Source: Vicugna vicugna
Lineage: Eukaryota
Length of the DNA: 64,000 nucleotides
Assembly (NCBI GenBank): GCA_013265495.1
Contig: MU059171.1
Location: 4,297,656 to 4,361,655 of the forward strand
Direction: 5' to 3'
Below are positions 12,521-26,400 of the stretch, one piece after another. Every line of letters starts with the position of its first letter. Within the stretch, counting starts at the first letter, position 1. Below the pieces are notes generated by a model. It did not search any database and was not told the DNA's origin. It saw nothing but the letters and a program-made list of their open reading frames with translations. A program made the position numbers and the translations under genes.

Positions 12521-14599
12521 CCCCCCTAGTCCTCACTCCAGAATGGTCAAATCCAGGTCTTCCAGGTCACTGGGCAAGACAGAGGTCCAAGGACACCACC
12601 AAAGGGCCAGGGGAAAAGCCACTTCCTCTCCCAGGCCCTCCAGGATCCAGGTCCTGCCAGCTTTGGGCAGAAAAACGGGCCCGTGCAGGCTGAGGAAGCC
12701 ACCAGGCAGAGCGTTCATCTCCGCCTCCTCTGCTCTCAAACAGGAACACCTTCTTTTCCTAAATCCCCATTTGGCCTCGTCTCAGAGAAGCCCAGATGCT
12801 CATGTTCCCTCCCACCCTCCTCTGTGGCTGTGGAAACATACAGACAGAGCATAAACAAGTCACTAATGCCCCAGGTCCCTCGCACTCCTGTAGTCGCCCA
12901 GAGCCCCTGGCTCCCCGCCAGGGTCAGAAGATTGCGTGGCTGCGTTTCTGAGCTCTGTACAGGGCCACAGGCTCTCAGAATAGGGGACTTCTCTCGTTAT
13001 CAGTATGTCACCAGCAGGCCACCTCTGTGACATGTGAGAAAACTCAATGTATTTGACAATTTAAAGCTTAGAATAAAAATAAGTTAGTAAAGTAAGACAT
13101 GCCCACAGTATCCATACCAAGGTTCTGAATAATCACGGATTTTCAGATACATGCTCCCCATGGTTCTTCCCAAGTTTCCCATCTCCTGAGCCTTCCAACG
13201 TGAGAGATCCCTGAGGTTTCTGTTCTATAAACCAAATCTCAGAGGACCAGGTTCCTGGCATCCAAAGTCAGGTGGCTCATGGGGAAAGACAGTGAGGGAG
13301 GACCACCAAGGTGGGGATAAGAACTGAGCCCTAAGTGCACATACCAGGAAGGAGATCATACACCCTGGTTTACCTGGGAAGGTCCCATTTTATTTCTGCT
13401 TCACACTGCTCCATTTTATTCTCATAAGTGTCTTAGTTCGGATATTATGTTATATGGTCAAACTGGGAATGACCTTTGCGCCCTGAAGCAATCTATGGGA
13501 CAGGAGGGAACAGCCATGTAGGAGCAGCTGCGATCATGCTGGGCCAGCTCGCCCCCAGGACTGGAACTGGGGACAGGGCATCTGTGGGCAGCAGCTTCCA
13601 GTATGAAAACCGAGACAGGGCGGATGGCTCCGGAGCACTCCAGCTCCAAATGCTAGGAGAGCAGCTGGGAGAGGTGCTTGTCCTCCCCTCCCACTGGGCC
13701 TGCAGAGAGCACATGCAGGCCCACACGTCCCTCACGGTTCCCAGGCACAGGCCACCAGAAGCCCGTCCCTGGCCCAGAAGCATCCTCACATTAGGGTGTC
13801 AAGTGACTGAAAAGTTGGTCTTTGATCTGACACAGAGAGAGGGCAGGCCCTGCTTCTTCTGACAGCTCACACCTACTGCCTCTGGGTTTTCTCCAGTCTT
13901 CTCGACCCTCAGGCTGGCCCCAAGAGAGCAAACTGATGCAGATACTGAAAGGACGCTGATGCCCCAGGCTCCCCGACACCCCGGCAGGCATGTCACCGTG
14001 CGCACAGCACACTGCAAGTCCGTGCTTCTCAGCTGTAGGAGCTACAGCTAAGAGGGCAGCCGATGCCTGACAATTGAAGCTACTGAAGGAAACGCAGCCG
14101 CACTCCCAGGGAGTCTGAGAGGAAGGAAATAACACTTCGGGCCGAGACCAGAGTTGGCTTAAGGAAAAGGAAGGATCACACTGGATTGGGTTCCAACTCA
14201 TTAATACCCTGGGGAGCCACAGACTAGAACATGCCAAGACATCAGCACCCCATTAACCTACAAAAAAATTATATGAATTTCCATCAGCACACCATCGAGG
14301 GACAAACTTAAATATTCCAGCATACTTAACACAATAAAAATGCAGGAATTCAGGGTCCCCTGCTCCAGCATTTGTAAGGTTTTATGTGACATGCAAGATG
14401 CTTACTAAGACGTTCACAGGAGTGTTGAGTTGGGGGTTGAGATATTGACTCAGTGCTTCAAAAATTGGTTCTCTCCTCAGTCTTCCTTCCTCTTTGCCTT
14501 TTTTCTGTCACCTAGACAATCTTCAAGGTTTCTGCTCCAAACTCTGAGATGTTATCTTCCAAACTGTTCTCAACCCAGAATGCTGACTTTCCAAGTGCC

Positions 14600-15220
14600 T
14601 GCTGGTTCCCTCTCCATGGGGAGCCCCAAAGTCCTGCAAATTCCATACAACTCAAACTCATGACTCCAGTTCTACCCCACAGAGCCTACTCTTCCATGCT
14701 ATACACCTTCTTGTCTCTATAATGCACAGCTGCCCACAGAGATAAAACACCTTCATCTCTTTCCCTACGTCAAATCCTACCGAGCCTTCTGATCTTTAAT
14801 ATCTCTTAATACCTGATCACTAATACACTGATCTGAATCACCTTTCCCACTCTATCCCCTCCTTATCACTCCCATAGCCTCTGACCGAGTTCAAGTCCTC
14901 CTCCTCTCTCCTGCCCGGAGTACTGCAGTAGCCTCGTGCTAGGTCATCAGTTCTCCAGAATAACTCTCCTCAAACATTAGTTGAATATCCTAAAACAACA
15001 GCTTCTCCACCCTCTTCTAGAAATGTGCTACTTGCACAGAAAAGTTGATACTCAGTGCTCCAAAGCAATCGCCTGGCAAGTTACTCCATTTTCTCTCATT
15101 CTACTTTTCCCAGCTCATAAGCCAGTCCACTTCGTCCATCCTTCTCAGCACTCCACACTCTAGCTCTACCAGGCCCCTTGAGAACATGTGTGTTTTCACA
15201 CCTGTCTTCAGCTCTCTTCC
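14600..15220 (+). mobile_element. L2 LINE fragment
   Basis: ttcaagtcctcctcctctctcctgcccggagtactgcagtagcctc and the C/T-rich flanks typical of L2. Confidence 0.6.
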
Positions 15221-16219
15221 TCGTCTACTTAGTCCATCCCTGAAAGTCAGTCTTAGCAGTCAAATAGATTTGGGAGGTTTTTGAGTCCTGGTTCCGCCAC
15301 TCAGTACCATGTGACCCTAAACATCAGAAAAGCAGCTCACTTGGTTTTCACCAACACTGAAATGGGAAATTCCCTCCTTGGTGGATCCTTGGAAAAAATA
15401 CCATGAGATGTGTCGGCAAATACATGCAACTTAGCAGAGGACCTTCTTGCCTAGTTGGCCCATGTTTTCCAAGCTCTAAAAGAGGAAATGTTTGTAACCA
15501 GCACAGGGCACCTATGGTGCTGATGCAAAGCTTCTGCAGGGACTAACTTCCACGGCGGGTTGTGCTGGGCTTTCTACCTCTCTCTTCTAGAGGGGTTCAA
15601 ACACACACGCAGGCCCAAAGGCATCCTGCAGAGAGCAAAGTATTCACCTTGGACTGACTGTGGGAAACTGAGTTTCCCCAGACACTGCCTGGAAAAAACG
15701 GAGCACCAGAACTAAAACCCCTGGCCTTTGTCACACTTACTGTGACTTAAAAGGAAAACCCATATGGTTTAGTGACTCCTGGACACAAAACCTCTGGGCA
15801 TTTATCACAACAATGATGACTGTTCTTTTGTGAAGAACATCTGGTTTGGTGACACTTGCATCCTGAGATCCAGGTTCAACCACATTTAAGGTAGCTAAAT
15901 TCAAATGCATGTAACAGATCGGGGTGCCTACCGTTAAGTCAGGCACCTGCGTCACATAACTTCACTTAATCTCTACATTAGTTCCCCAGAATTGCCGGCC
16001 GGCTCCTGGCCTAGTGCTGCCACAGACTTGGCCACCTTCCTCTCACTCCATGGCTGAATTAACGGGTATGTTCACCTACCATTTCAGCATTCTCCTCTCA
16101 TTCCATCTTTACTACTAGAAAAATAAAGGGATAGAGTTCATTACAATGGTAGCTAACATTTGCTGACTACTTTCAGTGGGCCAGGTATGATGGTAAGCAC
16201 ATACGTTATACATACAGAC

Positions 16220-18210
16220 TGGCTTCACTGAGATGCAATTCACATATTCACCCATTTAAAGTGCCCACGTCAATCATTTTTAGTGCACTCACAGAGTTGT
16301 GTAAGTATTGCAACCAATTTAGAACACGTTAATCATCCCAGAAAGAAATCCCAAACCCATGAGCTGTTACTCCCAATTTCTCTCAAGTCTTCCAGTCCTA
16401 AAAAATCACTAGTCTTATTTCCTGTCTTTATAGATTGGCCTATTCTGGACATTTTACACAAATGGCATCACACAATATGTAGTCTTGTGACTGTTTCTTT
16501 CCGTAGCATAAGGTTTTCAAGAGCTGTTCATACTGCAGTATGTATTAGTACTTTGTTCCTTTTTATTACCAAATAATAATCCATTGTATGGATATACCAC
16601 ATTTTATTTACACAGCCATCAGTTGATGGACATTTGAGGTGCTTCTACTTTTTAGCTATTATGAATAACGTTGCTATGAATATTGGTGTACAAGTTTTTG
16701 TAGAAACATCTGTTTTCACTTCTCTTAGATATAGACCTAGGAGTAGAATTGCCAAGTCATAAGACAAGTCTATAATGAACCTTCTGAAGAACTGCCAGAC
16801 TGTTTTCTATAGTGGTAATATCATTTTATATTTCTACCAGTGATGTATGAGGGTTCCCATTTCTTCACATCCATGCCAATACTTCTTGTCAGTCTATTCG
16901 ACTACAGCCATCCTAGTGGCATATAAAGGGGCATCTCACTGTGGCTTTAATTTGCATTTCTCTGATGCTTAATGATGTTGAGCATCTTTGCATGTGCTTG
17001 CTGGCCATTTGTAAATCTTCTTCGAGAAATGTCTATATAGATCATCTGCCCATTCTTTAACTGGATTATTTGTCTTTTTATTAGAGTTGTAAGAGTTCTT
17101 GATATATTCTAGACACAAGTCCCTTATCCAGTTTATAATCTGAAAATTTTTTCTTCTATTCTCTCCTATCTTTTTATTCAAACACAAAGTTTGTTATTTT
17201 GATATAGTATCAGTTTATTTTTACTTCTATTACTTATACTTTGGGTGTCATATCCAAGAAGGCTAACTCAAGGTCAGAAAGACTTATTCTCATGTTTTCT
17301 TCTGGAGTTTTACAGTTTGAGCTCTCACACTTACTTCTATGATCAATTTTTAGTTAATTACAGTGTATGATACGAGAAAGGGGTCCACTTCATTCTTTGC
17401 ACGTAAATATCCAATAGTCCCAGCACCATTTGTTGAAAAGACTGTTGTTCTACTCTTAAACTGTCTTGACACATTTGTTGAAAATCAATTGACCATAAAT
17501 AAGTGTGAGGGTTTATTTCTGGACTCTTGATTCTATTCCACTGATTTGTCTGCCTAACTTGATACTAGTAACACACTGTCTTAAGGTTGTAGCTTTGTAG
17601 TAAGTTTTGAAATCAAGAGGTGTGAGTCCTTCAATTTTAATTCTTCTTTTCCAAGATTGTCCCGCCTAATTTGGGTCTCTTGAATTTCCATACGAATTTT
17701 TGGATCAGCTTGTCAATTTCTTGAAAGAAATTAGCTGGGGTTTTGATCAGGATTGCAATGAATCTGTAGATTAATTTTGGATAATTATTATCTTAATATT
17801 AAGTCTTCCAACCCATGAACATATTATGTCTTTTTAGGTATGATGTTATTGGCAGATTTTCCATGAATGCCCTTTATCAGGTGAGGTAATTCTATTTCTA
17901 GTTTGTTAAGTGTTAACATCTCAAAGAGGTGTTGGATTTTCTCAAATGCTTTTACTGAGACGATAATGTATTTTTGTTCCTTATTCTATCGATGTGATGT
18001 ATTACATTAATTTCGAATTTTAAACCAATCTTGCATTCCTGGGATAGATCCCACTTGGTCATGGTGTCTAATCCTTTTTATACGTTGCAGGATTCGACTT
18101 CTGAGTATTCTGTTGAAGATTTTTGCATCTATAATCATAAGAGGCTTCAGTCTATAGTGTCCTTGTAAAACCTTTGGTTTTGTCGTCAGGGCTAATATTG
18201 CTCTCAAAGA
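16220..18210 (-). mobile_element. L1MB-like LINE-1, about 2 kb 3' portion
   Basis: Antisense 3'UTR (cccatttaaagtg...ggcctattctggacatttt...tccattgtatggatataccacatttt) continuing into ORF2 remnants (tcttgcattcctgggatagatcccacttggtcatggtgt). Confidence 0.95.
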
Positions 18211-18214
18211 ATGA

Positions 18215-18410
18215 GCTGGGCATGTGAAACGTTTTCATGTATTATCTCATTTAACCATCATATCGAACTTGTCAGATAGGCACTAGAATTTGCCCCATTT
18301 ATCAGATGAGGAAATGGAAGTTCAAGAATATTAAACTGTCCATGGTTACACTACATTCAGTGAAGTGGTAGAGCCAGCAGTTAAACCCAGAGAGTCCTCC
18401 CTCTTGATTG
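18215..18410 (-). mobile_element. MIR SINE, right part (left part about 16140-16215), split by the L1
   Basis: tattatctcatttaacc...ccccatttatcagatgaggaaatggaag continues the MIR end seen at 16140-16215 (gtagctaacatttgctga). Confidence 0.6.
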
Positions 18411-19284
18411 CATGCCCTTAATCACCATGAAGAACTTCCTCCTCTGAGCTAACTGACAAGTCCCCCATACAAATCAGACACTGACTAGATTAGTGGCAGG
18501 TTAAATCTACACTAACCAGATTCTGTGACCTGGTCACAAAGTCTAGTAACCAGCCCTAACTTAACATCCTTCTGAATGCCACAGTAATAGCTTACTTAGT
18601 TCATTATTCCACTTAGTAAAGCACTCAGGATTAACAAAGTCAACCTAGATCAGTGATTGAAGTAATGTTTAGACAACTAAAACTAAACCCAGAGTCAACT
18701 TGAAAAAAGTAAGTGCATGTGTGCACACATACCCCTCATGTGAAGACATCTTACATAAGCTTAAAAACATACTGTTTCATGTAAATACTAGGAAAAAATA
18801 ATTGTCAAAGACTAGCTTCCTCGGGATATATTTTGTGACTGTTGTAAACCTCAAATCAGGAATGGAAACGGATAGAGTCTGTCACTACAATAACCAAGTC
18901 AAGCTCAGCAATGCTCTCCAGCCACTGAAAGTCCCGTTTGGACAAAACCATTGCAATATTGATATGAAATATAAACTAAAATAAACTGTCTTCATTCTTG
19001 ACATCTCAGACACAGGGTCGGTATGATTATAACAGAAAAGTGTAAACATGGGAGTGGGGTGCTGTTGGTTCTACACTAAATTCTGCTTCACTAAAGAGGT
19101 TCCTCGAGAAAAGATGTTCTAATGGAAAACATCATGGGTCCCGGGTCTCAGTTTCTTACCTATGAAATTATAATCCCTGCCCCTATTATTTCACTAGAAC
19201 GTTGTAAATGTGGTAACAATGGTAAGAACGTGGGAAAGAACACCGTATAGAGAAAGAAGACGGAATTATTATCATCATCAACTT

Positions 19285-19560
19285 TTACTAATTCAGACAT
19301 TTTTTGAAGACCTAATGTGTGTCAGGCACTACACCAGGGGTTGGAGATACAGACACGCACATTAAAACTGGTCTGAAAAGCACGTTCACAGGTGGTCAGA
19401 TAGCATGCTATGGGAACACAAAGGAGAGAGCAACTAGCTCTGCCTGTGTAGATAAAGGAAGGCTTCAGAGAGAAGGGAGTACTTTCTTTTTTACAGGGTC
19501 TTGAAGGACCAGTAGGAATTTACCAGGCAGAAAACAGGATGAACAGTGTCCCAGACACCA
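19285..19560 (-). mobile_element. L2 LINE 3' fragment
   Basis: gacctaatgtgtgtcaggcact...gctatgggaacacaaaggag...ggaaggcttcagagag...gtcttgaaggaccagtaggaatttaccaggcaga. Confidence 0.7.
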
Positions 19561-19696
19561 AGAAAGCTCATTCTCCCTTTTTCACTGTTTACCTGGAACC
19601 AAGACTCTCTTCCACATGGCAAGGCAGCAACATAGGGACACTGAGTCCAGAAAAATCCCAGGTTCCCATCTTCTCACAACTCAGAAAGTAGCAGAA

Positions 19697-19930
19697 AGTA
19701 GTGGTTAAGAGCTCAGGCAATAGAGCCAAACTGATGGGAGTTCAAATCCTGGCTCCAGTTTTTGTATAATCCTGAGCAATTTATTTAACCTTTCTAGACC
19801 TTGGTTTCCTCATCTGTAATATGCAAATAATAATAGCAGCTATTGATAAGATCTGTAATGAGGCTTAAATGACTCGATGTTAAGTGTTCAGAACAGTACC
19901 TGGCTCACTGCATGCACTGGATAAATACAT
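19697..19930 (+). mobile_element. MIR SINE, near full length
   Basis: gtagtggttaagagc...ttcaaatcctggctcc...ggtttcctcatctgtaa...agaacagtacctggc. Confidence 0.9.
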
Positions 19931-19976
19931 TATTATTATTATTGTTGTTGTTGTTGTTGTTGTTGTTATTATTATT
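19929..19976. repeat. Compound microsatellite (ATT)5(GTT)8(ATT)3 at the MIR tail
   Basis: Directly visible. Confidence 0.95.
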
Positions 19977-21864
19977 TTGAATCCCTGTCACAATGCCTGC
20001 CCTGGTCAATTCAGGCCTAAGATTTGACAGTCTCATAGGGCCCCTATCCCAATGCATGTGGTCATCCCACCTGGCAATTCCCTTCTCCCAACAACTGTTC
20101 ATGACTGCTGTCTCAGGACACATGGGGACTGAGAGAATGCTTCCTAATACACGTGGCTTACGATCCAAGTAACCCAAATAGCATCTTCCATAATCAGGAT
20201 CGTATCACCATTGCATTCTGCGTGTTGCTGTGAGACAGCAAATACAAAGGCACATCCGAGGACAGAGATTGCCGTGACAGTTGAATAAACATGCAATCCG
20301 ATACCTCACATCTGGCATGTCATCAGCCCCAATACCTTATTCACAATCAAATATGTTCAAGGCTGTGGCTACTTTATTGGTACAAATGTCTTTATCAGGA
20401 CATTAAGGTGCACCAAACCTCTCTCAATAAAAGCAGTCATAAACAACAATCTCTTCTTAAGCTGTCATGGAAGCTACTGCATTTGTAATAGAACCATTCA
20501 TCTAAGAGACAGTTGCCAAAGCCAGTCTCAACACAATAGAGAGCAAGTCACAGAGCACAGAGGCAGACCCAGGGATCAGGGCAAGCACTGAGTAATTGGG
20601 ACCCTTGTAAATGGTTGAAAAGAAGAACTCAGCGTATTAACATATGTTCAATATTACCCTGGATGCTGCAAAGCTTTGGGGTGATCAATTACATTTCCCC
20701 CCGAGCACTTGCTTTTAAGGTAACCTAAAAAGTTGCCCCAGCTATTGCAAAAAGAATAATGTCTATGGAAATTTTCAGCTAATGACCAATTTCACTGTGG
20801 GGTGGGGATGGAGGAAGATCTGCAACATTACATAAATTTTTTTCTAATAAATTTAGGAAATTTCACTGTCACATCTTTCAGACTGTTCTAAAAGGGTAAG
20901 AAGGAGACGGGCGTATACTGATACAGGAAGAGGTTTTAAAAACATAATATCCATATAGGCTTTGGAGAACAATTTGATTCTATTATTTACTAGAACTGAA
21001 GCATTTGAGAGAAGGGAAAGTGGGCAGATGGAACACAACGCGGTGAAGGCATAGCAGGTAACATCAAGCAAATGAAATATACCTGTGATTAAATCAAATG
21101 ATTATAATCAAATGAGAGCTTATAGCACGCTGTAAAGTCTCCAGAGTGTTTTCATACTCTAAAAGCCAACCACTTCTGCCTAAAGGCAATGCAGGTACAA
21201 GATTACCTGCCAGGAATCTGTGGCAAAGAATAACATGGTCATCAAAAAGACTACCGACGTTTTTAAAAGGCAGGCCCGCAGCCCTCCAGGAACAAAGCAT
21301 GTCCACTCTGAAGTGCAAGTTAAATGATAAATACTGGCTTGGCAGAGATGCGGATCCTATTCGTTCCAGTGTAACGCTTTGCTGTGAGCACGTGGACACT
21401 GGAAGAACGGATCTGAATGCTTTCCTCTCTCTCCACTATTACCATTTTACCATATGCATTAATGTCAGAATAATGCCACTGTTAGTCTGGACAGCTGACT
21501 GACAGATCCAACTGACCGGGCACCTGTTGAACTCCCAGACCAACGTCCTAAAACATGTGATAAGAACACCCTGTCCTGCTCCCTGGCCTCAGCACCACCA
21601 CCCTCTGACCACCTGTCCCCCATGATTGGTGCCTCAGCCGCACACCCACGGAAGGGCCAGCTTGCCAGCACCAGCTTCTCCCCCAACTCCACCCTCCCGC
21701 CCACGAGGACCTTGTAGTGGCCCCCAACGGAAGCCCTGGAAACATCACTCCAACAACAATCCGGACAATACAGTTTGCTTCTCATTCCTGGTATTTTCCA
21801 TTTTTCTTTAATGAGTATTTCTTACTTAGAATGCGAGTAAAAAATAAATGGTATAATTACCTTT

Positions 21865-22080
21865 TCCTCTAATTTTGAAAGTAACGTATGTTCACTATTT
21901 TTAAAAGCTCCATTAATACAGAAATATACTGTCAAAAAGGTTTGAGTCCCCTATAATCCCATCTCTCTGCAGTAACCACTATTTATATGCTGTAAATTCC
22001 TTCAGATTTTTCCGATGATCCTAACCACACAACACATTTATATATTTAAATTTACTGAGTTGCATATTCTCTAAGACTTT
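21865..22080 (-). mobile_element. Old L1 (L1ME-like) 3' end
   Basis: ttgaaagtaacgtatgttcact...aatacagaaatatac...cagtaaccactat. Confidence 0.5.
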
Positions 22081-23019
22081 ACTACAGAGATCAATAGAGC
22101 ACTATCGTAACAATAACAATAATTAGTAAAATGACTACTTGACACACTGTCAAAGGAAGGGGCTACATACACGTAACAAGGGTATAAGAAATTAAGACAC
22201 ACTCTCACGTGAAATGCTACAGAGGACAGAGGAACTGAGGCTTTGGAAATGGGAGTCAGCAGGGGCAGAACAGAGAGACAGGTGGGAACTCAGGGCCGTG
22301 CAGCTAAAAACCTTCACATCTGTGGGCCCGTCACTCCTCCTTCCCTTTGTTGTAGTGGAAGCCACTGCCGTAAGGCCCACCAGCCTCTGCCAGGCAGCAG
22401 ACCCCCACTGGTCCCTCCCACCGCCTGTGACCCCAACCCAGACAAGTCTGCCCTGGATCTCCTCTCTCCAACACCTTCTTCGACAGAAACTCTGAAAGAG
22501 GGGTGGGGTGGTGGTGCTCAGTTCAGTCCCTCTCTTAACCAAACGCCCCTCTACCTAGGCTCGGCAGTTGAATTCTGATTTATGCTCCAACACCATCTTT
22601 CCTACCTTTCTACCCTGCTGTGAACAGGCCGAACTCAGAAAAGTGTTATTTCTAGAATTTAGTTCAAAACACTTTCTCACACATAACTGCATTTTCTCAA
22701 CATTGCTGAGAGCTAGGGAGAAATATGTCGATTTCCTCACGCTACAGATGATGTCAACAAGACACAGATACATCGCCAACAGGTATAGTTTGAGAGCAGC
22801 CAAAGAATTAGGGAGGAGGGAGGTAGTGCATGTTAGCATTTCTTGTGACCCCAGTGTTCCTTCTGCCCTACTGTTCTGCCACCCGCTCTTTACCAGGCCC
22901 ACAGCATTCATTTACACCAATATCAAGCTCTTTCCATTCATATCCATGGGGTATGATCCTCCTCAAAGAAATCCTCCCCCACCAACACCTGGTCACTTTG
23001 GTAGGTTTATTTACAAACT

Positions 23020-23370
23020 CACACTTCACTACTGTGGACATAACATCAATGTGATCAACATGATTAACCAACCCAAAGCTGACAGAGACTCATGTCTTAC
23101 CTCTTTGTCCCCAGTGGCCATCGCCCACGTTCATATCAGTTGACCACATTTACAGCCACACCTCGAAACTCATCACTTGAAATCTCTCCACCTCTAATCT
23201 CAGATGCTTCCTCTCCCATGCATGACCAGAGCCTCCTGTCCCGCCACCTCTCTTACGTCTGCAGAGCCTCTGAGCAGCACACGTCACCCCTCTAGCTTCA
23301 CCTTGTCCCTGTCCCTCCCCAGACTGGTGCAACCATGCCCTCACTAGCACCTTAGTGTCTCAGGTCCCAA
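23020..23370 (+). mobile_element. L2 LINE internal fragment
   Basis: ctcgaaactcatcacttgaaatctctccacctctaatctc...tgaccagagcctcctgtcc resembles internal L2. Confidence 0.5.
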
Positions 23371-23409
23371 GCCTTGACATTGTTAAAATATGACATGTCA
23401 AAATCCCCT

Positions 23410-24812
23410 GGCAGGGGGGAAAATATATTTATCAAATAATGCCAGTGGGTTCCCCCAAAAGTAATGCTCTCTGCCTTACACNNNNNNNNNNNNNNNNNNN
23501 NNNNNNNNNNNNNNNNNNNNNNNNNNNNNNNNNNNNNNNNNNNNNNNNNNNNNNNNNNNNNNNNNNNNNNNNNNNNNNNNNNNNNNNNNNNNNNNNNNNN
23601 NNNNNNNNNNNNNNNNNNNNNNNNNAGGAAAATTAATAAATTGGATCGCATCAAAATTAAAAACTTTTACTCTGTAGGAGCCCATGTGAAGATGAAAAGA
23701 TAAGCTACAGACAAGGAGAGCATACTTGTAAACCACGCATCTGACAAAGGACTCACATCTAAAGAACTTCCAAAACTCAACAGTAAAAATATAAATAGTC
23801 CAATTTTAAAAAAGGACAAAAGATATCAACAGATATTTCACTGAAGAGATTATACAGATGGCAAATAAGCACATGAAAAGATGTTCCACATCATTAGTCA
23901 TTAGAGAAATGCAATTTGAAACCACATGGGGTATCACCACACACCTATCAGAATGGCTAAAGCAAACACGAGTGACACCACCAAATGCTGGGGAGGATAC
24001 AGAGAATCTAGACTGCAGGTGAGAATGTAAAATGGTACAGCTGCTGTGGAGAACCGTTGAGCAGTTTAAAAAAAAGCTAAAAGTACACTATCATATGACC
24101 CAACAATGCATTTATCCCACAGAAATGAAAACTAATGTTCACACAAAACCCTGTATATAAATGGTCATAGCAGCTTTATTTGTAACAGCCAAAAACTAGA
24201 ATCAACCCAGAACCTAGATAAATGGTTAAATACACTGTAGTACAGACCAGGGAACACCACTCAACAATCAAAGGAACAAACTATTGATACACACAACAAC
24301 CTGGATAAATCTCCAGGGAATTACGATGCATGGGGAAAAGCCAATCCCAAAAGGTTACATACAATATGATTCCACTAGATAACACGTTTGAAACGACAAC
24401 ATTTTAAACATAAAGAATCAACTAATGGTGGTCAGGAGTTAGGGATAAGGTTGAGGGAAGCAGGACAGAGGTAGGGATGGTTTTAAAAGGGCAACCCCAG
24501 GGATCCTTGTGGTGTTGGGACTGTTTCGTTATCATCACTGTGGAAGCGGATACACAAACCTACACAGGTGGTAACAGTGTAGAGAACTTAGTCACACACA
24601 CATATAAATGAGTACAAGCAGATCTCAGGAAATCTGAATAAGATCACTGTATTATATCAACATTAATATCCTGGCTGTGACATTCTACTACAGTTTTGCA
24701 AAATGCAACCATTGGGGGAAATGAACAAAGTGTACAAAAGATCTTGTATTATTTCTTACAATTGCATGGGAATCTACAATTATCTCAATAAAAATTTCAA
24801 TTAAAAGAAGAA
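23410..24812 (+). mobile_element. L1MC-like LINE-1 3' portion (spans N-run)
   Basis: aaattggatcgcatcaaaattaaaaactttt...gcacatgaaaagatgttc...ends acaattgcatgggaatctacaattatctcaataaaaatttcaattaaaag. Confidence 0.92.
23482..23625. other. N-run, 144 nt
   Basis: Directly visible; falls inside the L1MC-like element. Confidence 0.99.
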
Positions 24813-25406
24813 AGAAATGTTCTCCAAATTCTCCCAGGCCCTGCTGCCACTGCACAGCACTTCTTCTATTCACCATGTCCATCCATATTCCATTTCCCCA
24901 TCATATCTCTACTAAGCTCGCTATGTTTCAAAAGCCCGTAACCCACCTCAGCCCACCTGGTCTTACTGCTCATCGGAAGGAAGTAATCATTAAATACACC
25001 CTCCCTGGACCCTCTACCTGGAACTTCTCCTGCCACTGTGCATCAGAGTAAAAGTCTACTTCTTTTAAAGTCTCTTCCTAGTTTTGTTCCATCAAATATA
25101 TCCTCAATTCATAAGATTTTCTCCCCTGCTAATCGAATGCTCAAGTCTCTCCCCTGTCCTAAAATAAGTCTTCCTTTAATTTTTTATGCCCTATCTCATG
25201 GCCTTTCCTATGCCCAGCAAATCTGGGCCATGGTAATGGTTCTCTTTCACTAGAGAGGAAACCTAAACTGAATATATAGTTCATTTCTCGTACCCAGACT
25301 TGGTAAGGACTGTTACAAATCTCCGTCTCATTCTCTGCTCATTAGTTTCTTTTACTGACTTTGAAGACGGGGCCCTGTCCTTTTAGACCCAGGTTAAAGT
25401 TTAGCC

Positions 25407-25588
25407 CTGTGCCTCTCAACCTGACTGATCCCCCAAATCACCCAGGAAGCTCTTAAATAAAAATACAGATTCCCAGACCACATGCTCGGAGATTCTGATT
25501 CAATCGGTCTGAGTCCGTTTTTGTTTTGCCTCTTTTTTTAAGCTTCTTAAGCGCTCCTGCTGATCACGGTCTGGCTTGAGAACCACTG
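25407..25588. mobile_element. MER5-family hAT-Charlie MITE
   Basis: aatcacccaggaagctctt...aaaatacagattcccag...gattctgattcaatcggtctg...ttgagaaccactg. Confidence 0.75.
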
Positions 25589-25599
25589 ACTGGGCTCCC

Positions 25600-26400
25600 T
25601 TTTTCTTAATAAGGCTGTCTCTTTCCTCGCCCACTGCTACTGACACTGCATTTAAAATCCATGACAGTTTCACTGCTTTACGCCCTGAGCCTGCACCTAT
25701 GCCCCATTTTCACAGCATCAGGGATCACTTCTCTGCTGGCGAGCTCCCAGACTACCCCTGCAACTCCAACCTGCTGGAGCTCCAGGCAGGAATTTCCAAC
25801 CCCCACAGGTCATCTTCATTTGAATGGCCGCCTGGTATCTCCAGCACATGACACAACTCAACTCCTCATTCCTCTCTTCTCTACAAACCTGCTTCTCTTG
25901 TCTCCACTCCCCATCCATTTAATAGTCCCACCGTCCTCCCCATCACCCAGAACCCTGAAGTCATCTTCATCTCCTCCTTCTCTTTCACAAACCACATCCA
26001 GTCGGCCAGTCCTGTTGATTCTACCTCTGAAACTTTTCCACCAGCACAGGCAGTACCACGGGATTCAGGCTCATCCTCTCCCACTGGCCTACTGCAATAG
26101 CCACCTAGCTTGTCTCCACGCCTCCAGAGTTGGCTTTGTCAAACACAGGCTGAGTCACATCATCTCTCCCGAAGAAATGTCCCGGATTCTGTCTCCAGGA
26201 TGAGTGTCAGACACCGTGGGGCTGCACTCAAGACCCCCCACAGGCAGTGCCGTCCCACGTGTCCAGGCCCGTCCACCATGCCCCGGGGATACATCTTCAT
26301 TTCTAAGAGCACGAGCTGGGCCCTTTCAGGACTCTGTGCCTTTATGATGCTGTTCCCTTAGGCCTGAATGCTCTTCCCTTCTCTCTTTCCTCACAGTAGC
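25600..26400 (+). mobile_element. L2 LINE, ORF2 C-terminal remnant and 3' region
   Basis: 25918-26004 translates FNSPTVLPITQNPEVIFISSFSFTNHIQS, similar to the recalled L2 ORF2 motif (VNGTTIHPVAQ..NLGVILDSSLSLTPHIQS). Confidence 0.85.

Noticed and set aside
21205-21219. Possible 11-nt microexon or recursive splice site (cag|attcctggcag|gtaatc)
   Set aside because: Frame-shifting length and modest donor; the known TEAD1 microexon lies further downstream in the gene. No strong YAG|GTRAG recursive site with a good pyrimidine tract was seen elsewhere.
22568-23143. 191-aa ORF
   Set aside because: No recognisable homology, non-ATG start, overlaps L2-derived sequence.
25661-26203. 180-aa Pro/Ser/Leu-rich ORF
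   Set aside because: Chance open frame in C/T-rich L2; the L2 ORF2 similarity is split across frames.
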